The notes beneath the pieces were generated by a model. The model saw nothing but the letters and a program-made list of their open reading frames with translations, was not told the DNA's origin and made no database searches. From Malacoraja senta (taxonomy: Eukaryota): a DNA stretch of 64,000 nucleotides. The stretch lies in contig CM075991.1 in assembly GCA_038087875.1 (NCBI GenBank), positions 10,666,001 to 10,730,000 on the forward strand, given 5' to 3'. The translations under genes were made by a program, and so were the position numbers. Shown piece after piece: positions 10,701 to 21,671 of the stretch (its first letter is position 1; the number at the start of each line of letters is the position of its first letter).

Positions 10701-13700
10701 TTTTAATTTGAAATTGTGTTTATTTTGTTTTTTGAATCTTTGCTTTATTTAATCAGCATTATACTGCCTATTGCCTCATTAGTCAATTCTGATATCATTA
10801 CTCAACATTTGATATTGCTGTAGTATGTGTATAAGAGTAGGAATGTTTCAACTTTTAATATTGTTCCCCTTGTGGGGTATTTGTCCTTGGGTTGAAGGGT
10901 TGGAAATCGTGCCAAATGGGATAACATTGCCGGTGGACTACCAGGGGAGAAGCACGGGGGAAGCCTTCGTGCAGTTTGCCTCAAAGGAGATAGCTGAAAA
11001 AGCACTGGGGAAACACAAGGAAAGAATAGGGCACAGGTGGGGCTGGACGGAAGGGTGGCTCATATGTCTTTAAGCCCACATGTTCAGGTTGCAGAATTAA
11101 TTCATTCTTGAAGAGAAAATAGTCGAACCACCCACATGCCTTTGGAAAACAGTGGGGACTCAACTGATTTTTCTAAATTGTGTAAAAGATGTCCTATACT
11201 GTAGAGCCCTCAGTTTAGAGTTGAAAGTTAATGACAAATGTAATCTGTTGGGCATTTGGAAATCTGCACTTGCATAATTTAAATTTCAATAATAAATTTG
11301 CAGAATTTTGATCGTCCAGGGGGGCTCCACAGTTTAGGATTATCTGATGAGAATGCGGAAATTGCAATTGTTTAAATTTGATTCAATTTTTAAATACTTT
11401 GCTACATTTGGATAAACTAAATTATATATGCAAAATTAAGTTACATTTATGTAACAAACCAATATTACATTGTCAAGCCTTTGTTGTAAACAATTTTCTC
11501 AGCTTAGTGCGTGCAGCGCACAGCACTGCAGGCTTCAGTCGTCATCTAACCTAATGGGAAGGTGATGACTAGTCAGCTTGCTAATTTGTATTTAATTCAA
11601 ACATTTCAGATTTGATTGATTCAGTATTTGGATTTGCACTTGGAAGCGTCGGTATAGTCAAATTAATGAAATATGTAGCATTTGCTTATGTTGTGTTTCA
11701 CAAACTTGTTCTGCTTTTTTAAAAGCAAAATGTCTGACTTGGTCTTGCACAATTTGGAATCTTGTCACATTTGTGTTGAAAGTCCAGGTTTGTGTTGGCC
11801 TCAAGCATTATGTCCCATATGTTTAGATCATACGTAATAGGAGCAGAATTATGCCATTCGGCCCATCAAGACTACTGCGCCATTCATTCATGGCTGATCT
11901 ATCTCTCCCTCCTAACCTCATTCTCCTGCCTTCTCCCCAAAACCTCTTACACCCGTACTAATCAAGAATCTTATCTAAGGTAGACACAAAATGCTGGAGT
12001 AACTCAGCAGGACAGGCAGCATCTCTGGAGAGATGGAATGGGTGACGCTTTGGTGACGAGACTGTTCTTCAGACAGACCATTCCTTCTCCGGTAATGCTG
12101 CCTGTCCCGCTGAGTTACTCCATCATTTTGTGTCTACCTTCGATTTAAAGCAGCATCTGCAGTTCTTCCCTACACATAAGAATCTTATCTATGTCTGCCG
12201 TGAAAAATATCCACTGACTTGGCCTCCACAGCCTTCTGTGGCAAAGAATTCCACGGATTCACGACCATCTGTGATTGTGATGAAATAAATTTCTCTTTGT
12301 CTCTTTCCTAAAAGAACGTCCTTTAATTCTGAGTCTATGACCTAGATTCTCCCACTAGTGGAAACATCCTCTCCACATCCACTTTATCAAAGGATTTCAC
12401 TATTCTGTACGTTTCAATGGGGTTCCCCCTCATTCTTCTAAATTCCAGTTAGTACAGGCCCAGTGCTGTCAAGTGCTCATCGTATGTTAACCAACTCATT
12501 CCTGGGATCATTCTTGTAAACCTACTCTGGACCCTCTCCAGGGCTAGCACATTCTTCCTCAATTTTGCCCAAAATTGCTCAACATTCCAAATGCAGCCAG
12601 ACCAGCGTCTTTTCGAGCCTCAGCATTACATCCCTGTGTTTATACACAAGCCCGCTCACAATAAATGCTAGCATTCTGTTTGCTTTCTCTACCACCAATT
12701 CAACTTGCAGATTAATTTTTTGGGAATCCCGCACAAGCACTCCCAAGTCCCTTTGCATTTCCGGGAGCTTGTTCTGGATTCTCTTATTTGAGGAGGGTGG
12801 GGGTGGCAGCAATGGAAGGACAATATTTCATGGGGATATAGTACAAATTATGGGATGTGCTGCCGCTGGGCTTTTATGTCCTTAAGGATATAATTGCCTT
12901 GTAGGTGAAACGGTGGTGAATCGGTGCATATTGCATGTTCATTTCCTTCCTTGGATGAAGAGAAAAATTTAGTAAACTGGGCCTCTATGCTGTGTTTCAG
13001 AAGAATGAGGGACAATCTTATTTATGTTTGGTCCCCTCACAGAATGTTTGTCCACAAGGTTAATTCCCTGGGTGGAAGAATTATAAGGTTTGGTGGAGGT
13101 GTCTTGGAAAGGAAAGGTCATTAATGTCAGACATTTCTTTTTGGGGATTCTGAATCTTGGAAAGTGTTGCCCCAGTGACTTGTGGATGCTGAGTGCTACT
13201 GGACCACAGTATTGTTGGGGTTGGGCAGGAAAGTAGAGTTGAGGCCGATCATTGGAACAATCATAATCCTGAAGATAGACATAATATGCTGGAGTAACTC
13301 AGCGGAACAGGCAGCATCTCTGGAAAGAAGGAATGGGTGATTCGGGTCGAGACCCTTGTGAGTGTGTGTGGTATGACCTGCTCTGGCTTGTTCTTATTTC
13401 ATCTTGAGTGCTTTTCCAATTTGGCCGTGAAAGTGCACACATGCCTCTTCAAATGATCCTATAATTTTTCTGTTTAGCTGTTCAATCCCTCCATTCCAAT
13501 GTGTTCTAACAAGTCAGACATTTATTCTAATTTATAGATATATTGTTAACAGATATTGTGGATATCTTCATGGATATAGTTTATTTAAATGTTAATGATG
13601 CCAAGTCCAAGTAGATTGATTGCTCTGGTGAAAAGTTAACTGAGTTTTTCAATTTAGTTAATTAACACTTGTTACTATGATTCCCAGTGGCCTTGCCAGA

Positions 13701-16700
13701 GAAGATCTGATTTTATGGTTGACGTTGTACTTATTTCAGTCAGGTAAAATATGAGAGCATTTGGAAAAAGCTGTTTCATGTTTCACTCAACTAATGCAAA
13801 CTACCACTAGTTTTCTGCCACGTAACTAGATATTAAAGTATGTAAATACCACTGAGGTGTCATTGACTGGGAGTCAAGTGTGCTCCATCTTTAATAGCCA
13901 TGTTGTTAGCATTGATATTCCAGTCAGATTCTGTAACAGTGACAGAGGCTGTCCACTGTTCCTTGAACATGGATAAGGAGTTAACTATTTAGTACTGATG
14001 TGGCCCTGGTGACATTGTCTTGTAGTGTACTCGGCTGATGTGGGTAAAAACAAAAAGGGGGGTCTTCTGATTCTTTTCACCAGAGGAATCTACAATTGTG
14101 TGATTAACATTTTAAACAGATTTTTAATATGGTCATGACCATAAAGTAAATGTATTAATTGTGGCTGTTCAGGTATATTGAAATCTTCAGAAGCAGTCGA
14201 GGAGAGATTCGAACTTATCAGGATCCTCCGCGAAGGTTAATGGGACAACGTCCAGGACCATATGACAGACCAATGGGTGGAAGAAGTGGGTATGGTGGTC
14301 CAGGCCCTATGCGAGGGGACATGTATGACCGTTCACGCCGAAACTCTGCTTATGGCGGTGGTAAGATTGAGGAGTTTTTTTCAAGTCTGCAACTTCAAAC
14401 GACTGTTTAACTGAAATGCTGTGTGTTAATAGGCATGATTTTTTACTCTGCCTATTTTCCCCCATGCTTATCCATCTTGGATTTGTACCAAATGGATAGA
14501 TAATCATGATAGGGTCGACTTGGTCGTATCCATAAGTTATAAGGTCATAAGTGATAGGAGTAGAATTATGCCTTTCGGCCCATCCAGTCTACTCCGCCAT
14601 TCAATCATGGCTGATCTATCTCTCACTCTCCACCCGATTCTCTTGCCTTCTCCCCATAACCCCTGACACCCGTACTCAGCACCCTCATTACCCGTTACAC
14701 ATCTTTGGGGTGTGGGGGGAAACCCTCGCGGTCACAGGAAGAACGTGCAAACTCCACATAGACAGTGTCGGAGTACAATAGATCCTTGTCTGGAACAGCA
14801 AGCGGAGAGTCGCCACTTTGCAGTGCCATCTAGCAACTTCCATAGAAACATCCAGGCAATACCGTTCATTGATACTTTAAACAAGGGAGGGCACAACTTG
14901 TGTTTCGTACAGACTCTCAAGTTTATTTCTCCTCCAGGCTACGGCAACTATGAGGATTACGGTTATAATGATGGTTATGGGTATGGACGTGATGGATATG
15001 GACACAATATGAGAGCAGTTGGAATGATGGATAGAGGTATGAATCTCGTGTTGGCTTAAGTTTTTATTGTTCTGTGTGTTGTGGATAAGATATAGTTATA
15101 TAGAGCGGGAGCAGATCTTTCAACCCACTTGAGGACAATGCTGGAGTAATGCAGCAGGTCAGGCAGCATCTCTGGAGAATATGGATAGGTGATGATTTGG
15201 GTTGAGACCCTGAGTTATTCCAGCACTGTGTCCTTTTGTGTATTAACCAGCATCTGCCGTTGTTTGTTTCTATATTTCAACCCAGTGTCCACAATGACGA
15301 GGTATTGATTTATATAAATTCTACAGCGGTCTCCATATTTGATCACTCCAGTGTACCTGCTGGTACATCCTTGGGATACGGTCACTGGGAGAACATAAGA
15401 ACTCTGCATAGCACTGGAGGTTAAGATTGAAAATGGATTGATGTTAGTGTGAAGCCACAGCTCTATGAGCTCCCCATACTGCATTTCTCACCTGCCGCAC
15501 AGTGAAGCTTGTTTTTGTTTTTTAACTGGGGGGGGGGGGGGGTAAAGAAAAATTCTGCCATTGAATAAGATACTCAATGACACCAAGTGTGTTTTAAATA
15601 ATTTGATCTTGGAGTTGCATGTTCAATGTAGTTGGGGGATTGGATGTGCAGCATTGGGGAAGTACTTCTCTCTGAGGGAGACCTGCTCGGATATAACAAG
15701 ATAATTAGTTTGATTTGTTTTTTTAAATGTTTCATCGTTTTGTTCTAGACTTGGTGGCTTTCCAGCCTTGGTTTGGTTTCTGGTGTTTTGAATGCTGTCT
15801 TCTTTGTTGTTTGCAGGGATGAGTAACCGTGGTTATGGTGGAGCAGGAGATGCCAGTCCACTTTTCCAAAATGGTACAGGTCATTATGTACACATGAGAG
15901 GACTACCCTTTAGAGCTTCGGAAGGTGATGTTGCCGATGTAAGTGGAATATGGGGTATTGTATTTAACCTAAAATGGGAAATGTTTTGGGAAAATCCTGA
16001 TGGCATTTTCCATTACATTTGAGATATGATTGTTAATAACTTAAGATAGAGGAGAGCACTAAAACACTTGCTGGAGTGGGATTTCACCATAAAACATCTC
16101 GAGCTAAATATTGGATGAAGCTCCTGTGATATCAAGGGCCCACAGTAGAAAACTTCACTGGCATTGACACTGATTTATTAACTGCTTAGCTTTGCAGTTG
16201 AGACTGTATATTGCTGCATTTCACGCTGGGATAAGAATATTTACCTGGTTTTGCTTTGTACGGATATAAATAAGGTGCATATTTCTAGTGTCAGTTCTGA
16301 GTTGGCACATGTGGTAAAAATGGGTGGAAAAAAATATTCTTGCTATTTATTACTGCTCAACTTTTTTTCTCTGCAGTTTTTTTCACCGCTCATTCCCGTT
16401 AAGATCAACTTTGAATATGGCTCTGATGGGCGTCTGACTGGAGAAGCTGATGTTGAGTTTGCCACTCATGAAGATGCTGTTGCTGCCATGTCTAAAGACA
16501 GAGCACATATGCGTGAGTGATTAAAATCATAAGTTGCTGGAGCAGGATTAGACCATTCGGCCCATCAAGTGTGCTGCACTGTTCAATCATGGCTGATCTG
16601 TTTCCCTCGCAACCCCATTCTCCTACCTTCTCCCCAGAATACCCTTGCTAATCAAGATTTGTGCAGTTTTATAAATGTTAACGCTATTATATTATAAGTG

Positions 16701-17242
16701 TACTGCTCAAAGCTGATGTGTCAATTTGAGCGTACAACCTTGAAGCAGAGGTCATTAGTTAGTCTCTTACCTTTATAGTTCAAGGTTTATTAATGAAAGC
16801 TAGCTGACAGCTGCATTCCTCATTTGGGTTATTATGGTGTCATGTGTAGTTATGAATTTAACTTGTCTTTATTTTGCCCTGCTCCAACTTTTCTAATTCC
16901 AATACCAATTCTCCGTCTACACCGCATCTGCACCCAGGGTGAGGTTTTCCATACTAGGTCATCGGAGATGTGCTAATTGTTTTGGGAACTGGGAATTTCC
17001 CCCCCCCCCTTCCATTATAGATGAGGTTCTCACTAGGGTCTCCTCGATATCCCGCAGCTCTGCTCTTGCTCCCCCTCGCCATCTCCAACGGGATCCCACT
17101 ACTGACCACATCTTCCCATCTCCACAGCTTTCCGCAGGGACGATTCCCTCCGCAACTCCCTGGTCAACTCGTCCCTTCCCATCCAAACCATCCCCTGCCC
17201 GGTACTTTCCCCAGCAACCGTAGGAGATGCAACTCCTGTCTC

Positions 17243-17276
<34 letters not shown>

Positions 17277-20200
17277 TGTCAGTTAGGCCCAATTTCCTCC
17301 CCCACCCCCGTATATCGGCGAGACCAAGTGCAGGCTCTGCGATCGTTTCGCTGAACACCCCTGCTCAGTCTGCCTTAACCTACCTGAACTTCTGGTTGCT
17401 CAGCACTTTGGTTGCTCCCCCTCCCATTCCCAATCTGACCTTTCTGTCCTAGGCCGCCCCCATTGTCAGTTAGGCCCAGCTCAAATTGGATGAATAGCAC
17501 CTCATATTTCGCGTGGGTAACTTACACCCCAGCAGTATGAACATTGACTTCTCTAACTTTGAATTGCCCTTGCTTTCCCTCTCTCTCCATCCCCTCCCCC
17601 TTTCCAGTTCTCCCACTAGTCTTACGGTCTCTGACGACATTCTTACTCTGTACCCCCCCCCTACTCTCCTGACATGTCTGAAGAAGGGTCTCGACCCGAA
17701 ACATCACCCATTCCCTCTCTCCAGAGATGCTGACTGTCCCGCTGAGTTACTCCAGCATTTTGTGTCTACCACCAACTTTCCAAATTCTGTTGTATCTTCA
17801 ATTGTCATTATTCAAGAGTGGGCTAATTAATTTTGACCACATTGCTTATTCTGAGACTGCTGCTTTGCAATTACAAAGTATTAATTTTTGTCTTTTTAGA
17901 ACATCGGTATATTGAGCTCTTCTTGGATTCTACTGTCAATATGGCAAGTGCTTATGGAGCTCATCGAATGAGTGCTATGGGCCTTGATCATTACGCTACA
18001 GGTAATTGTCAATTCTTGTTCGAACTTGACGATTGGTAATTGGTGCTTGAGAATGTAATGAGTGTAAGGATGAACGAATGTTCAGTTTGTTTAGCCATTT
18101 TTTCCCCACATCTCAGCTTTCTGGAAACTGGCAGCTGACAATTCTGTTTACTGATAGTAAACTGGTAATGCTTATTGCACCTTCAAGCTGTAAAGCATGG
18201 GAACATAAAACATTTAAAACAAATACGCGTTGGAATTAGGCACAAACTTAACATGTCCTCGTTCTAAATCCACTTTACACGACAGAGCTAAAGTGGAGAT
18301 AATTGAAATGATCTTTAATTGAAATAGTTATGCCCTCAAGCTTCCTTGGTTTCTGTGTTCAAATTAATTCCCATTTTTCCAATTAATGTGGGTAGGTGTT
18401 ATTCTGACTAGAGGTCTGGCCTGCAGGCACTAGTGATGGAAATATATTACTTGGATGTAAATGTAGATAGGTCGGTTAGTAAGTTTGCAGGTGAGGCAAA
18501 TTGGTGGAGATGCAGGCTGTCAAAGTACGCAGGACATGGATTAGCTACAGAAATGGATGGAGAGGTGACAGAATCCGAGCTAGTGTGTTTTTTGATGATT
18601 TAGTAGTTTGATTTAAAGGGAAAAGTATTCAGTTAATGGCAAGACTCTTCTAGGGTTCCAAGTCTGCAGCTCCTTTAAAATGGCAACACCTCGTGGTAAA
18701 GAGAGCATCTGCTTGCCTTCATTGGGTGGGGCATTGGATAGAAGCCAGGAAGAAATGTTGCAGCTTTGTTGGATTTTGGCTAGATCCCATTTGGCGTATT
18801 GTGTGCAGTGCCCCATTAAGGGAAGGCGTGGAGGCTTTGGAGAGGATGCAGAAAGGGTTTACCAGAATGCTCCCTGTATTAGAGGATTATTGGATATAAG
18901 GAGAGGTTGGACATCTGAGATGTTGGAGTTTAGGGGAGTCGTCATTGATTGTATAAAATTGATAGGCTTGGGTAGGGTTCTCAGTCAGAACCTTTTTCCT
19001 TGGATGGAAATTTCAAAGATTAACGTGTCTACCTTTACGGTGAGGGGCACTGTTTAAAGGAGTTGTGCAGGGCAAGTTTTATTAAATGACAGGTGTCTGG
19101 AATGTGCTGATGATGGAGGGAAATACGGAAGTGGCATTTAAGATACTTTTAGATAGGCGCATGTATATGCAGGGAATGGAAGGATATGGGTCACATGCAG
19201 GCGGAGGAGATTAGTTTAACTTTGGACAACGTTCCGCAAGAACAATGTGGCCAGAAGGGATTGCTCCTGTTTTATCTGAGCAATTGAAGTTATTCTAGAG
19301 TTGTTTGCTTTAAGAATACATACATCTAGTAAGACTCCAATAATTCGGCATCCTTGCTGCTAGGCTGGTTGGCAGATTTACCAGTCTGTTGGATATTACT
19401 CCAAATGCCCTATACCTTGCAGATTTTACCCTAGTAAAATAATCCAGTGAGTTTAAAGGGACTACAGGAAACTGCTCTCGTGCGCTAGTTGGATAGCAGG
19501 TTATCAATTTAACTTTGTGCCTGTCTTATTGTCCTGTTGATGTTGACATTTCATGGCTGTGGTGGCATTAAGAGAAGTTCTTAATTCATGTTAAATTGCA
19601 AGGCTGAACTATGTTGCACTGAAAGGGCAAGTGGCTGAATTGCAAATAACTGTAGTGCAGAAAGCAAATTCCTATCATTGTCCATTTTCTTTTAACCCAC
19701 AAAGGGAAGATAACTTTACTAAACACATTGCGGCTCTTAAGTGGCATGCAAGTTGTCAAGTATGTGGCATGTTTTTTAGAGCAGTTGAATGGGTAGTGCT
19801 CTTTATTAAAGAGAGGGTGAAATTAATGAAACATCTGTTTCAATTATTTTTGACAGGTAATCAAGGAGGCTATGGGCATAATGGTCAGGGTGTGGGAAAT
19901 AGCTATGGCAACATAGGAAATAGTTATGCAGGCTATGGAAATTCTGGAACCACACGTGGATACGGTAAGTGAAGATCTTCTCTTGAGGACAGCTTTGGGG
20001 AGTTGTTGGGTTACTAGAGGTTATCGTAATATTCTTGTTGAAATGGGCGAGGGTGGGTTGGTGAACCAATTGATTGCAGATCATTTCATGAACAGTAAAG
20101 AGAGACAAAATGCTGAGTAACTCTGGGATTGGCCACATTTCTGGAGAGAAGGAATGAGTGACAATTCGGGGTTTTTGGGTGGATTTTGACCGGATCGTCA

Positions 20201-20526
20201 CTTATTCCTTTTCTCCAGAGATATGCTGCCTGTCCTGCTGAGTAGCACTGGTATTTAGTTTATCTTCAATGTAAACCAGCATCTGCAGTTGTATTTCCAT
20301 ACACATTTCAACGGTTGCATCCCTTGTATTTTTATGGAGGCTTTCTGCATCTTGAGCTTCAAACATTGCACAAGTTGAACAATTGTAACTCTGCAAACGG
20401 ATATTTTGGGATAAGTTTTATTTTTGAATTGCAGGCTATGGTGGTTTATCAGGATATTCCAGTAATCCAAGTCAGAACATGGGAATGGGTAACTTGGACG
20501 CTAACATGACTGGATGGAGAATGTAA
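4650..20526 (+). CDS. heterogeneous nuclear ribonucleoprotein H-like (hnRNP H/F family), 11 coding exons, 1365 nt, 454 aa
   Basis: Join 4650-4728, 5477-5632, 7898-8041, 10898-11036, 14173-14360, 14938-15036, 15817-15938, 16377-16512, 17900-18001, 19857-19964, 20435-20526. All introns are GT-AG and all phases are consistent. Three qRRMs (RGLPW, RGLPF, RGLPF), PY-NLS motif RPGPY, GY-rich regions. The exact paralog is uncertain. Confidence 0.95.
5477..5632 (+). CDS. hnRNP H-like coding exon 2 (DCKIVNG...MGHRYIE)
   Basis: 156 nt with tttcag/gtaagc boundaries; qRRM1 motif GRPSGEAFV. Confidence 0.95.
5848..6515 (-). mobile_element. unclassified non-coding retroposon-like element with internal ~72-bp tandem repeats
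   Basis: The minus-strand 3' tail ...gtacacgtgacaataaaat resembles tails near 3040, 22930 and 30130. The core is CpG-rich, with three imperfect repeats at about 6114-6320. Confidence 0.5.
7898..8041 (+). CDS. hnRNP H-like coding exon 3 ([15 protein letters not shown]...[17 protein letters not shown])
   Basis: 144 nt, tttacag/gtactc boundaries; start of qRRM2. Confidence 0.95.
10898..11036 (+). CDS. hnRNP H-like coding exon 4 (GLEIVPNG...KERIGHR), 139-nt frame-shifting exon
   Basis: Purine-rich acceptor ttgggttgaag, donor gtgggg; encodes the qRRM2 core. Confidence 0.95.
11826..12765 (-). mobile_element. CR1-type LINE fragment interrupted by a fold-back Penelope-derived insert
   Basis: Minus-strand ORF2 remnant (QRDLGVLV...KANRMLAFI) and CR1 3' tail. 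Confidence 0.75.
11978..12177 (+). mobile_element. fold-back Penelope-derived short element with 14-bp TSD
   Basis: TSD aagaatcttatcta at 11964-11977 and 12178-12191; internal inverted repeat. Confidence 0.8.
14173..14360 (+). CDS. hnRNP H-like coding exon 5 (YIEIFRSSR...RPGPYDRP...YGG)
   Basis: 188 nt, ttcag/gtaaga boundaries; contains the PY-NLS. Confidence 0.95.
14938..15036 (+). CDS. hnRNP H-like coding exon 6 (GYGNYEDYG...MMDR)
   Basis: 99 nt, ctccag/gtatga boundaries; GY-rich and phase consistent. Confidence 0.88.
15817..15938 (+). CDS. hnRNP H-like coding exon 7 ([14 protein letters not shown]...[16 protein letters not shown])
   Basis: 122 nt, ttgcag/gtaagt boundaries; start of qRRM3. 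Confidence 0.95.
16377..16512 (+). CDS. hnRNP H-like coding exon 8 (FFSPL...[20 protein letters not shown])
   Basis: 136 nt, ctgcag/gtgagt boundaries. Confidence 0.95.
16896..17770 (+). mobile_element. Penelope-like element (Neptune-type) 3' remnant: RT thumb, Cys-rich linker, GIY-YIG endonuclease, then hammerhead-bearing terminus
   Basis: Degenerate QFLRLHRIC (~16906), [13 protein letters not shown] (~17201), [16 protein letters not shown] (17311) and [21 protein letters not shown] (~17498). These are followed by CTGAAGA...GAAAC at 17678-17702. Confidence 0.85.
17900..18001 (+). CDS. hnRNP H-like coding exon 9 ([12 protein letters not shown]...DHYAT)
   Basis: 102 nt, tttttag/gtaatt boundaries; end of qRRM3. 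Confidence 0.93.
18440..19265 (+). mobile_element. old CR1-type LINE fragment
   Basis: Degenerate ORF2 (SKFAG..., [25 protein letters not shown]) plus 3' tail. Confidence 0.7.
19857..19964 (+). CDS. hnRNP H-like coding exon 10 ([10 protein letters not shown]...TRGY)
   Basis: 108 nt, tgacag/gtaagt boundaries; NQGGYG as in HNRNPH3. Confidence 0.88.
20435..20526 (+). CDS. hnRNP H-like last coding exon ([10 protein letters not shown]...MTGWRM*)
   Basis: ttgcag acceptor and in-frame TAA at 20524-20526. The GWRM end resembles the HNRNPH3 terminus GWRGMY. Confidence 0.85.
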
Positions 20527-21665
20527 CCTGTTTCGCAATCGGTCCTTGAGTCTAAAGCTTCAAGAACCTAATCTGCCACAGTTTCATAATGGATGACCAA
20601 TGCAGCAACACTGCTATTTTCTTCCAAGATCAAAAGCAGTAATATTTTTACTAATAGAGCTACTTTGCAATTCTTTTTATTTTTTTACATGTTTTGGTGT
20701 AAAAGTCTGGAAATGTTGCTCAACATTGGGTGACTTAATTTGTTTGAAGCTTCAGGTATTTTGCCTGATGCCACGGGGGGAGAATTTGTTTTTGATAAAT
20801 TTTGACTCGAGTGAATGTGGCAAATCAAAGTAAACATCTAGTGCAAAGCTTTCTTTTGAACTCGTGTTTGTTTTAAATCTAACTTGGATCATTTAAAGCT
20901 CAAATGAGCAAGTTGTGTGATTGTAAGTTATCTTCTACTTTGGTGGTACCATTGGAAATGGAGAGGTTCGATGGTATTTTTGTCAATACTATTACCAGAA
21001 CATCAACTGAAATGTCTGTAAATTTGCTCTGTTTTTAGCACACATGCAGTAATGGGCAATAGGTAAAATATCTTCTGTTCTCTTGAAAGCAGTTTTTTTA
21101 CCATGTTTTCTCTTCAGCCCAGTATTGTTCCACGTTCTAGTTTGTTGAATGTTTTTTTTTTTTGTCATCCTGTTCACATATTTTCTCCGTTGCCCTCTCC
21201 CCATTTAGTTCTGACATTCAGTCGGGTTCAGATAAAGCAGCTCCCAGCATTTTCATTTTGGCTTCGGTTAAAGCATTTCGCCCAGTTTCGACTTTCTGGA
21301 ATGCACTTGCGATTAAGCTAGCGAGTAAGTGTTGGGGGCTGAACCGTCACCTGTCCACTTACTTCAGCTGATTCTTTGGCATTGGAGTTCCACAAAACAT
21401 GTTTTTCCCAGCAGTTGCTATGTTAATTTTTTCTATCTGGTTCACATGGTATTTTAACCTTGATTCTTAATTTTTTTGATTGTTAGCATGTAGTTTTAAA
21501 AATGAGAAGTATCTTTGTATCTTTTTACAGGTGCTTCTTGAGTTACCATTCTTTGACCAGTAGGATCGATTGACTTTGATACTTCAATGTGCAGCTTCTG
21601 AAACATGCACGTTTTGTCAAACATTTGTGAAAGATGATTTACTGTACATTTCTAATGGTAAATAT

Positions 21666-21671
21666 AATAAA
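21666..21671 (+). terminator. polyadenylation signal of the hnRNP H-like gene
   Basis: AATAAA followed by U/GU-rich sequence, about 1.1 kb after the stop codon. Confidence 0.65.

Noticed and set aside
11344..11362. CTGATGA...GAAA hammerhead-like string in an hnRNP H intron
   Set aside because: There is no closing stem II pair before GAAA and no convincing stems I or III.
19851..19862. CAG|GTAAT resembling a recursive splice site
   Set aside because: Explained by the Gly-Asn codons at the start of a normal coding exon in a short intron.
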